From positions 4,141,397 through 4,205,396 of the forward strand of contig NW_002060945.1 in assembly GCF_000150275.1 (NCBI RefSeq): a stretch of 64,000 nt of DNA, in the 5' to 3' direction. The DNA comes from Trichoplax adhaerens. Lineage: Eukaryota; Animalia; Placozoa. Positions 29,301 through 45,120 of the stretch are shown piece after piece. How positions within the stretch are numbered: the first letter of the stretch is position 1; the number at the start of each line of letters is the position of its first letter. Under the pieces are notes generated by a model. The model searched no databases. It was not told the origin of the DNA and saw only the letters and a list, made by a program, of their open reading frames with translations. Position numbers and translations under genes: made by a program.

Positions 29301-32300
29301 AAACAAGCTAGTGATCATAGAGGCGATAGCATTAAGTCTTCTAATACGGATGAAAATGACAAAATGGACGATAAATCTCATTATAGGCGCCATCGACATC
29401 GACATAAAAAACGCGGTAATACAGTAAGAATTGATACAGAAGATTTAGGTCAAGGTGATGAAGCCAGTAGTCAAACTGCGAATCAAGATTTATCTACAAA
29501 AGCTAAGCAGCGTCGAAATCGAGAACGAGTTAGAAGACATCGTAATAGGAAACAAGAGATCGAAGTTATTAGTACAAACGAAATGGCAAACATTATTCCT
29601 AAGGTTAATGGAATCGATAGTGAATTCTCAAGTGACGATCTCAAGGATGACGATTTTAAAGATAGCCAAAGTTCCGATGATGGAGTTTATGTTCGAGTTG
29701 ATTCAGGCAAAAGGAAACAGAAGAGCAAGAAACACCCTGATGTCTATTTACCTTCTATTGCTAAGGCTAGATCCAATACTTACCATCCAATTTATCGTAG
29801 CTCTAGCCGAATTGATGTAGAAGATAGGGATAAATTCTTAAAAAGTAGAGATAAACAGGTTCTTACCAGTGGAAATGAAGAACAAACACCAACACTTCCT
29901 TCATTAACGGCTGATGATAGGGCACGGCAATCTGATGCTTCAAGTATAAGACGTAGTAGATCTTCTAGAGCTAGTAGTAAAGATTATAATTCAATGTCAG
30001 ACACACAGCCACATCCGTTAGATCAACGTATTAAACAGCCATTAAAGAAGCTTGATAGCGATGGTAGTCATGATGAAAGTAAATTGAAAGATCAAACCAT
30101 TAAGGGAGATATTACACTGCCAGAAGTAGATAGCTCTTCTGATCATAGTTCAGCCATTCATAAAAGCCAGAAAGGTTCTAAATTAACCAGCGACAAAAAC
30201 GAAAGTCCAGATCGAAAGTCGCAAGTTAGTCGAGCATTAGAATTGTTAAAAAGTATTGATGAAGACATTGTACAAATTAGGCAGCAGTTAAAAGAAGAAC
30301 GAGATGAAATCAAATCTGCATCCAGGTCTTCTCCGAGGCACAGCCGAAAGAAACATGTGCAGGATAAAAAGACTGATTCTATTTTATCATCATTTAATGC
30401 TGGCTTAGCTTTCATTAAAAGTTTAAATGCTAAAACTGGCGATCATCGCGGAAGAGAAGTTTATTCGGCACCAACAACAGAAAAAGAAGAAAAAAGTATT
30501 ATACTGCGGAAAAGTGATAAATTTCGAGTCGATTATACTAAACTTTACGCTAATAAATTTATACATGACGATAGGTAAGGAAAATTGATATTCCGGAGCA
30601 AATGCCTAATAGTAAAATAAGCATAATCCGTCATAATTGAATAATCTTGAGTTATGAACGTACAGCTAAGCAATATTAATAACTCATTGCTACTAGCATT
30701 ATACGCCTATGGTGTTTTTGTATTCAGTTAATTAATCGTCCATTTTCATCTCGATGTTGTCTATAGAGCTAAATTAACTACAGCTGTCTCCGATGCGAGT
30801 TCAGGAATTCGATTAAAAATGACCAAAGGGTCAAAAGGACAGCGACTTACAAAAATGGTGGTTGTAGATGCTATGGTGAGCATAAATGTTTGCCCGATAC
30901 TTAACATCAATAACTGATTCAAGACCTTTTTTAACCTCCTCTTCTCATTTATATTAGAATGATAGTAATAACAGCAAATCGTATGATCACCTGAAAAATT
31001 TGAAAGAAGACGAAAAATACTTTATTGAACCTTTACCTCATAAGCTAGGCATTCATACTCCAATAAGGTAAGACTGACTAATGTCGATAATATTTTGTGA
31101 TTACTACACTTAGACCTCTTTCATTTAAAATCATATTATCGTACTGAAAGAAGTTATGTAGCCTATAAAATACGAATACTAAATCCCATTATAATTCTGA
31201 TAACCTTTCATTTCTGGCATGAATTGATAGCTGCCATCTATCGTGCTGTAGTATAGTGGTATAATATACGAGCATGATTTACTCAACTTGAAATGTTATA
31301 AATGTTATATTACCGGTAATATTACAGTTCCTACTTTCTTACTGTAAATCTATCTCAGAAAGAGAATTACCGAGATAGAAAGATTATTCACTTATATTAT
31401 TACTTACAGTACTTTGTCCGTATACTGCAATTTCATATTTATCCCATTGATGTGCAGTAATCATTATAATATATAAAATCCTATTTCAAGAGAGTAATAT
31501 AATATTGTAATATAATATAACCTACTATAGTAGATAATATATGATAGAACGGCTACAGTAGTTATCTGTTTGCTACAGTTAGTAGCATTTTCCTATCTGC
31601 TTTAATAGATGTAATCAGAATAGTAGTTGAAAAATTATTACTATTCCAAGTTACAACTAGCTAAAGCAATATACTATTAAAATGATTTCGTAAAAATGAT
31701 CCGTCTTCATCACTGATTGGTATTTCTTGCTCATTTCACACCAATATTTATAGGAGTAAAGGAAATATTCGCTTTGGTATCATGAATATGATCTGGACAA
31801 CAGAAGCACCTGAATTAAAATTACAAACCGATACTCGTATTCAGCTGGATGAAAATGCGGAAAGATTAATTCCATTTGATGAAGATGATAACGAAATTAA
31901 AGCAAGGAATGAAATTGCTACAAAGCGACATCATTACGACGCGCTATTGCAGCAAATGAGATTCCCATCGTCTTTAGAGGTTATTAATAGATCGATATCA
32001 GCGCCTGTGACCGAGTTAGACCATAAAAAAGCCCAAGGTGATGGCAAAGAAACAGTAGAATTAATTAATCAACTACTTCAATCCACAAATTATCTTTTAA
32101 TACAACCACCAAACGACTATTTAGCTAAAGCAAATTTTAAATCCGATTATCATAATAAATCCGATAACCAAGCATCAGTTCAAAATAATCCTAGCAATAA
32201 TCACCGACATCAAATTCCAGCTCATGATGTTCATACACAGCCCATTCCACAATCGAAAATGGAGGTTAATGATGAAGATGGTGATACTAAGTTAAAAAAT

Positions 32301-32399
32301 TCGACTCTATTGTATTTAGCAAACCATCAGGCCGATATTAAGAACAGTGAGGGTCACAAATTGTCCAATCTCAACATATTACCTAGTATAGCTTCATAA
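17347..32399 (+). CDS. Large WD40-repeat protein with HEAT-like repeats and a long charged low-complexity region; WDR87/WDR97-like
   Basis: Many small exons with WD motifs (IITGAKDGPIKVWN; FHGHLQSVTGLIVHPHEPLLLSSSTDHTLRTW; TSARDGSVKVWDTEN; NKRGDILIGF), GYVPNSV, HEAT-like LNHPLPQVRLNATQALSTMG, a 1.7-kb charged exon (~28860-30574) and a last exon ending at 32399. The family assignment is from recall; the 5' end and some junctions are uncertain. Confidence 0.75.
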
Positions 32400-33798
32400 T
32401 GAATGCTCCATAAGAAGAACTGTATTGTAATCTGAAATATTTTAATACAGGAATCAAGATCGATATACTGTAACTAACGATTCTATTGATCAGAAAAAAG
32501 CTATAATTTACTACTTTGCTTTAAAAAATGAACTAATCAAATTTATTTAAAATTTATAGTATACGCGATCACATATATACAGTTATGTGTATTTAGATAT
32601 AGTGCATGCATTTACAAATGTGTGCAAATGCATATCACATTCTTGGGAGATTTAATAACATACTATATTGAATAACTGATGCTTGATGTTTCATTATCAC
32701 GCTTATTTATTATTCGCCATAGAATCGCATAATTCTAAGTATAATTAATACTGCTATCTGCATTATTTGTATTATTCTTATACGTATATATAAGTAGACG
32801 ATTAGCTAAATAGATGCCTATCCTAATGTCTTTGTGCAGTTTTAGTTCACAGTATAAGGCATACCCTATCTTCTAAAGCTTAATTAGATATCGTCTAAAG
32901 TTACTAATCAGCTGCAGCAAATTTAGGTGTATTATAAAAAGTATTGCTTTATCTGGGATTGATAAGAATATATGTCATTTTTGCATTATCAGCCCACTAA
33001 TTTTGCATTCTATGTAATTTTTATATATCATAATCTTAACATTTTTATACCTTATTTTCAAATTTACTGAGATTGCTACAAATGTATAATACTAATAAAA
33101 GTATTTTAATCGCTTGTAATAATAGCTAACTTATCTTTGCAACTGCATCTTCGATTAACTCATGTTTATCTGACAATATATCTAGATCATTTTATCTTTA
33201 TTAACATAAATAAATATGTGTGCTTATGATAGGATATTACGCCTATGTTTCAAATTTGGGGTATCATTATTGCCTACTTTAAATTATTGTATTTTTTATT
33301 TTATCTGCGTAGCCAAGATTACTACATTAATACATTGCAACTATAAAAGTATGTATATCGCAATAATTTCTTAATACGGGTCTTTATCATAGATATCAGC
33401 AGATACGGTAGCTACGATAATTGCAAAGACCGCTTTTATTTCTTAAAATAGATCTACAGTCAGTAACTGCTGCCATAGCGAGTTTGCCCTTAAGCTAAAT
33501 TTACATACGTAATGGTATTCTATAAAATTTATATTAAGCTGGTATGTAAATTACTGAAGATTATTACCAATACCGTTTTAATACAGACTGATCTAATACT
33601 CATTTTCAATCAATGTAATTATGATTTAATACAATAAATTCAAGAAATTGACGATGCAGTTATAAAAGATTAAAATACTTTATTTCGTTATCATTAAACA
33701 CATAGTAAAACGTTACAAGAACTTAAGTAATGATGTTAAAATAATGACTGCATGATCATTAACGATTATTGATAATGATGCTATTTTATGTTACTAAG

Positions 33799-37499
<3,701 letters not shown>

Positions 37500-40348
37500 G
37501 ATTGGAACGAGATCTCAAATTAGAACTGTGATTCTTATTTCCTTGTTATGTGCAATTTCAATTGCCTTACACCGGATGTATAGCCGTAGTGAACGGGAGA
37601 TTACTCAAAGCTGAAGAAAAAGAAAGCCAACACCCAAAGTATTGAAGACTGAAAAATTCTCTAACCTCTTCACACTTATATAAAGTTTACAATTTTACAG
37701 AAGTAGCCCTGGAGAAATTAAGTGGTCAGATGGAGGTTATGCGTACTGTACTTCCTCTGGACTATTGAAATACTGACATAGAAAACAATGCTTAGAATTT
37801 TACAGAAAAAGCCCTAAAGCGATTGCTTGATTTAAATAACAACTACTTTAATTTGTATGCTATGAAAAGAGTCACATACCGTAGTAAACAAGGCATAATG
37901 TCCAGTTAACTACATTAATTAACGATCAATTGTAGACATTCTATTCTGTGGGCCTTTCAAAATTATTTTGCTAAAGAACGATTAGATTGCATACTTTGGA
38001 TAGACTTTCGAAAAGGTGATTAGTAAGCAAGCAAAGTGCCAGTCAGTCATCCAGAAAGCTCTATAATTAGGCATATTGGCCTTTGAAATGAATCATGCTT
38101 ATTTATATTTGCAAGGGGCATTATAGCCAATATAGAATGTATCCAAGATGTTAGAGAATTCCGATCTATGTACTTCAATGCCGGTACTATTTAAGCAAAT
38201 GAACTTTCGCAAATTTTCCATTTAACTATATTGATATAAAAATTTAAGCTCACACACGGAACAGGTTATGGCTAATTATACAAGCCAGTTAAATTAGATA
38301 CAAAGACATTTAATATGAAATTTATCCAGCATTTTAGTTGTTATACAATGCAAGGACTATATTTGTTCGGATATTAGATATTTATATCATAACTGAAACT
38401 TGTTTAGCTTTACAATAAGTTCTAAAAAGCAGTAGAAACGCAATCTAATCAATTAATGTTTCTCTATTGACTAAATTGATTTCGATTAGCAACCCTAAAT
38501 GCTACTATCATTATTACGAGATCTCATTATCAATTTGCATTACTTGTTCTATACTAACAATTTATAAATATCTTATTGACGATAATTGCTTGCGGTAAAA
38601 TGTGGAAGCATAGACTAGGGAAGAAAGCTCTAGTCTCTTTCTGCTAAAGTGTTATCCATGAGCTAACTAATACAATGCGTGCATGATTGATTCAATTTAA
38701 TAAATTGGGCAAATTTCTTAAAGAGAAAATTAGTATTGAGGAGAATGTCTATAGCTTAAAAATTGATTAGTGACAATTCCATGTTTAATTTCGCTATTTG
38801 CTTTATTTCTGGACTTATTCGCCAGCTTAAGTAGTTCCTTTAGGTTAATTTTTCTTCTGGTATTGTTAACAAATTGATATCGATGCAACAATTTGTAGTG
38901 TTTACTTCTAAATACGGTATAGTCTATTTTTAGTAAAAGTCAATTTCCACTAGATTGTAGCATAACTCTAAATATGTATAATTTATATTTAACAAAATAC
39001 TCTGTGGAAATCGCTTTGAATCTAGCTGAATTATATCGTAGCCCTGTCTTAACATAGAAGTAACATATTCTTATTAGTGATTTATGATTTCCTCCTGCTG
39101 TGCTTCATACATTATAAAAGCTATCTTCTTTCACCTATCTCGTTAGTTAGTTCTGCTAGTTACACGGTAAGCTTGCACGCTTTACCTATGCTACATTACT
39201 ATAGCTATTCGACTAGTCACGTCGTTATACACGCTGTAGTCTCACACGGTCTTTCCTTTGCGCTAATTCCAATAAACTCTATTCCTCTACTAAATTAACT
39301 CTGGTAATTTACTGTGATCATGACGAATCCACAATCTTCCGAAACATCACACAATTACTCCTTAAAGCGGCTGATATTAGTCCTGTATGACTTATTTATG
39401 GTTAGTAAATTAGTAGCTTAAACGACTTAGACTTGAATTTCAACAGGTGGTACGAAATGTAGCTAGTTTGTTTAAATTTTGGATAAACGTTTGATGATGG
39501 TGACATTAAAAGGGGTTCCTCTCGTACAATATATTTATAAAGCATGATATATATCAAATTTACATTGAAAGGCAACACATTGATTATTATATTACGGCAT
39601 AAAAGATTTTGATATTGTTGTAGCCGAATCAGAGGACTATAGTTGTACGTATATTATTGGGAGGTAATAACGACGAAAGGGTGTCGTACCTGCTTCCAGC
39701 TAGTCTTATCTAGAAACAGTGGTGCTATTCCTAATGCGTGTAGAACTCTACAGTGACTCATGCAAAAATTTGCCAGTTATTGAATGCCTTTGCAACACAC
39801 TGTTAAGATTGATGTAAACTGATGATTATTATGGGAGAAATGTATTCGCCATATCGTAGCAGAATAATTTATGCTATTAACTTCGGACTTCTGAGCATCG
39901 TCTATATTGCCTTTTATGAGATTACTAATAAATGGACTTAATAACCCTACATATGCATCATTATCTACTTGCAAACAGTCATGATAATTGCAATAGGGCC
40001 ATAGTCGTTCCGTAAATTAATTTCAGCTGGATTAGTTATCATGACCTGCTTGTTTACAACTAGATTTACAAACATTTTTTATTTTTACCTTGAATGAAGC
40101 TTCCATGCAAATTTCGATGAGTTTACTATCACTGTTATGATGTGAAATAATTTACACTAATCTTCGATGTTAATTTTCTAATTCAAAAACTTAAAATATA
40201 ACAAAATCAATCAATTCTAAAAGATCGATATCCTTGACTCTTTATTTTCGTTATGTTAAGACATAATACTGCAAGAAATTAATACTGCCTGAAATGTCAA
40301 GTCATCAGTGATCGCAAGTAATTACAGGGCATTAATGGTGTTGCCATA

Positions 40349-43044
40349 CTATTCTTTATCGATGGAAAAAGATTGATCAACTGTAATTTCACCGCAATCA
40401 GCAATTTTGACTTCCTTTTCAGGGCGATCGTTATGACTAGTTTTCGAATTTTCAATTTTTCTAACAATATCCTGCAATAAATACGAATCAAATATTGAAA
40501 AATATTCATAGATATGACTATGAAATGCAGTAGAATTTCGATCTGTTCTAATATTTACCATTCCGTCCAATACTTTTCCGAATACGACGTGTCTACCGTC
40601 GAGCCATGGGGTTCTTACGGTTGTAATGAAAAATTGTGATCCATTTGTATGTCGACCAGCATTGGCCATGCTAAGATAACCGGGGCCTGCATGTTTGAGC
40701 TTGAAGTTTTCATCATCGAATTTTCTTCCGTAAATACTCTTTCCTGATGGAGGTATAATTATTACATCAGCGTGAGAATTTTTTATCGGCTACATTATAA
40801 TCCGTCTATTACAACGAAAATACTGTAATAATCTAATATGGCATAGTTGATATTACATTCATCCTATCTAACGTATGTATAGTATGATTTGATAATTAAA
40901 TATCTTACTTTAGAAATTTTTAAATACTTGACATTTACAATACATGTTGTGCATACATATTTGTAGTTACCATAGTCATATCTGGAGATAATATCATTTA
41001 TGATATTGTCAACGGCTAGCCATTATCATAATTTCATAGGTACTAAGTACAGTAAGAATTATGCATTCTAATCAGAAATGCTGTTCTATAGTTCTTGCTC
41101 AAATTTTAAAAATACTTTGCATGTTTATGGTATGCATTACGAATATTGTTGATTCCTAAACTTATTCACAATTAGATTTTAAAATTTTGAAGACTGGTGA
41201 TATAATTAAGTAATTTTTTTGACTGTTATTGTATCATTTGTTATAAGTAGGTACGGGTAGGAAATTGCAAATATTATCATTATTCTTTACAGGATGATCT
41301 TTTCATTTTTGAAGTTATTATCACAAGTATTAAGAGAAATATTCACCTCCAGTTCCATCACCATTGGTAAAATCTCCACCTTGGATCATGAAATCTTTAA
41401 TAACTCTGTGAAATACACTTCCTTTATACCCAAATCCTTTCTAATAGTTTATATATCAAAAAGAGGCATGTCAACGTTAAACATGAATATACTAAAACTC
41501 TATAATAGCTTATTAATATTAAATACGTGTACGTATACTGTAGTGAAATAGAACATTGTTTACGCAATCATAAATTGGAAATTTGTTGATATAGTGTACG
41601 AATGATAATTAACCATTAATAAATCGAGAAGGAGTTCCGTGAATATAGCATGTTTATCTTCTAGTTAGGGCATCACGTTAGAGTTATATGTTGGCACGAT
41701 CAAGAAAAGAAATTGCTCGATTTTTATAGTATATCGTACGTGCATCTATTTGGCATTATTTCTATTGTGAGAGTATATCTAGCAATAGCTAGGAGATACT
41801 GTACTATCGATTAGATATAATACGGTTAACATGTAGTTGTAAAATGCAACGCTCAGTTTACATCACAATCTGTTGGTACATTAATTGTAGGGGCGATAAA
41901 CTAAGAAGGCTTCATGGTTGGCAGAATAAATACTATAGTCGTTGCTTCGATTACAATTGATAAAGAAATACGTTAGTCATTGTAATGCCTACCTCTCCAG
42001 TTGCCAAAGCTACGAAATTTGTAACGGTTTTTGGTACAGTACTACCGAAGAGACCAATTTCGATGCGCCCAGCTTTTTCACCACCAATAGTGATGTCAAA
42101 AAAGACCTATCCAACAAATACGCGTAAGTCAATAAGTAGATAGTATTGTAACGATTAATTCAAGAAATAGTAGTCATGTTGTATATCCTATGCCGATCAT
42201 TTTCTACAGTATAACCAGAAATATCCTGTTGTACTTAAAGTAATGAATAATTTAACCACAGTAGTAGAGTTCAACGTGTATCTTGACTACGTTTATTAGA
42301 CAATTCTATAAGCATCGATTTTTATTGGGTAATCATTGATGTCCATTCCACTGTGCTGTATATTCTTCTTCAATTGTGGTCACACCATGGGCATCTGCAT
42401 GCCCATCGCTATTTGCATATGCAAAGTGATATTGCAATGTCAGACATAGACTGAGGTCAAATCACCATTGACTTTAACCTAAAAGCATGGTATGACTATG
42501 GATTTGTAGGAGTTTGTTTCGTCTATGGCATCATCAAGTCATCTAGGCGTGTAAAATGCTAGTCAATTGTATAGCACTGCAATCAAGCTTAGCCTAACTG
42601 TATAGGCTGTCGACAGTACTGGTAGTGGAGATATTGAATTAATACAGTATCATTAATTCATTATAATACTATAATTGAAGCCACACTATTTTAATTCGTG
42701 CATCAAATGAAATCATCCACGCTAACATAAATACTCAACATACGAGATGCCGAGATATTGTCCATGGATCATATCGATATGATCCTTGTACATTGACGTC
42801 TACAATAGAGTTCATAGCAGGATTATTCATAACGTTGAAATCATGCCATTTAGCTACCCCATAAAAGTAATAGTCATTGCGATTGTTATTATCCAGTTGA
42901 AGGCACTGCAACGTTGTCAACACTTTGACTCCATTGGCATTGACCACTTACCTTTTTGGTGACTTTGGGGCCTTTTTTAGCCTGGCTAGAGTTGAAAAAG
43001 GTAAAAATGGTAACAACCACTAAAAGTAGCACTATCACACGCAT
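40349..43044 (-). CDS. PPIB: Cyclophilin B (ER peptidyl-prolyl isomerase, 5 exons)
   Basis: Exon 1 (43044-42952) reads [22 protein letters not shown]|KKGPKVTKK: signal peptide plus PPIB N-terminus. [35 protein letters not shown]; ends QSFSIDKE*. Intron positions match the neighbouring paralog. Confidence 0.95.
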
Positions 43045-43210
43045 GATGTAGCGGAATTGAACTGAATCCGTGATGGATCTTGAGTAGAATAATTAATAAC
43101 AAGGAGATTATGGAAGACTTTTTCTTCAATAATCTTGCCAGTTAATTACGTCTCTTTCGTACTGGCTAGGCACAGGTGACGCAGAGGTGGTTGAGTTGGT
43201 GATGGGAAAG

Positions 43211-43294
43211 TGACGTGGCAGGCCTGCAATGGGCGAGTGAACTGTTTACACTAGTGATTGCATGGTGTGCTCCAATCACGTCTCAAACCATTGG
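43211..43294 (-). promoter_or_regulatory. Putative ER-stress promoter (UPRE TGACGTGG overlapping an ERSE-like CCATT-N9-CCACG; CCAAT boxes)
   Basis: TGACGTGG at 43211-43218; minus strand CCATT-GCAGGCCTG-CCACG at 43232-43214; CCAAT at 43272-43276 and ATTGG at 43290-43294. Confidence 0.55.
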
Positions 43295-43387
43295 TTGATA
43301 TACTGTACTGTAAAGTGTACACTGTACAGTAATAGGAAAACAGGAAGACTACAGTACCTGTAGTACTGTACACTGTACAGGAATATT

Positions 43388-44278
43388 GAAGGGATGTTGA
43401 CTTGAAACCTGGTGATCACGTGCTAGGTGAAATTTGAACTATGGGACTATCAACTCGAGTAGGGACTTGGAACGCTAATATCAATCTTACCGGTTTCTGG
43501 ATCGTCGTCAGTCAGTCCGTGATCAACGACGGTATAACTAGTGATAAACTCCTCACAGCTCATAGGAAGCGAGATGCCCAAGTGGCAAACTTTTGAAAAT
43601 CAATAGCATATCTCATGACTTGAACTGCAACAGTTCATTATAATTCAATTATGAATGATATGAAAGGGCTAATAACTGACTGCAACTTTCAATTACTGCA
43701 CATACATAAATTGACAGTACGTGGAATACGTTCTAGGCTAATATTGTAACAATAAGTTGAAAGAGTAGGACTTGCATCAACGCGCATTCCAATCTAACCT
43801 TCAGCTCAAAAGTAAATATTAAAAAATTTAAAATTTATAATAGGGAAGGGATGTTAAAACCTGGTGATCACGTGCACGGTGAAATTTGAACTATGGGACT
43901 ATCAATTCGAGTAGGGACTTGGAACGCTAATATCAATCTTACCGGTTTCTGGATCGTCGTCAGTCAGTCCGTGATCAACGACGGTATAACTAGTGACAAA
44001 CTCCTCACAGCTCATAGGAAGCGAGATGCCCAAGTGGCAAACTTTTGAAAATCAATAGCATATCTCATGACTTGAACAGCAACAGTTCATTATAATTCAA
44101 TTATGAATGATATGAAAGGGCTAATAGCTGACTGCAACTTTTAACTACTGCACATACATAAATTGACTGTACGTGGAATACGTTCTAGGCTAATATTGTA
44201 ACAATAAGTTGAAAGAGTAGGACTTGCATCAACGCGCTTTCCAATCTAACCTTCAGCTCAAGTGTAAACATTAAAAAT
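43388..44278. repeat. Tandem duplication, two copies, period 452 bp, about 97% identical by eye
   Basis: cctggtgatcacgtg starts at 43408 and at 43860; the alignment continues through ctaaccttcagctcaa with roughly a dozen substitutions. Confidence 0.95.
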
Positions 44279-45120
44279 CACATCTTTTTATCTTCAATTT
44301 GGACGCATAGTATCACGAACCCAAATTCGACTAGTAAGAACAAATGGTAACGCTTCACAAACTCGTAAAAATGAATAGTAATCAGAATCAAGATCTGATA
44401 TACAAATGCACTGTATATCCAGATATACATCATTAAAATGCAGCTTTGTTTCCAACAATCGACACAAAATTCAATTCAGCAGAGATCGTCAACGCTATCG
44501 TTGCAACAATAAAGAAACTCTAAATTCAGTATGCGTATTCTAAACGGAAAAGTGGGTTAGGCTTAATATATCAAACACAACAGCCTAACCTTAAAGTTAC
44601 AATCAATTTTGCCAAGTGGGTGAGCTAATAACCTTACAAATGAGCAATACAGCGCTTATGAATGCTCTTACAAATACAGAGCAAATTTTATGCGCGTACT
44701 TTGTAGAGATACGTGTATATTGAACAGTTGATATTTAATGAAGTAGTCATGGGCATAGTTGCTACAGTATATTCAAGTGCTTTCTAATTGTCCTACGAAA
44801 AACTATTACGTAATTCATTTATAAATTATTCAGTAATTATATTAGGATATCTCATTCGTACGTCTTTCGTGTTAAAATCTTTAGTAAATCGTAATAATCA
44901 TTGATATTAACTTTTTGTTGTATTTTTACTATAATAATACACTAGTATGCAAAAGTACTGGATACAATTGACACTTTACCATAATATACAGTAGTTACAT
45001 TTTTAAAAGATACAAGAAATCATCTATACGTCGTATCGCAAATTGTGGTATGTAGAGAGTAGTATATAATAATCTTTTATATCATAGAGTGTAATGCTAA
45101 TCAAAGGAGACTTTTGGATA

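Noticed and set aside
43492-43564. Exon-like segment in the 452-bp repeat as an alternative first coding exon of PPIB
   Set aside because: The donor is phase 1 in the open frame, whereas PPIB exon 2 needs phase 0; the phase-0 frame contains a stop.
43790-43805. CTAACC in the tandem repeat as a telomerase RNA template
   Set aside because: It reads CTAACCTT, not CTAACCCTAA, and there is no supporting structure.
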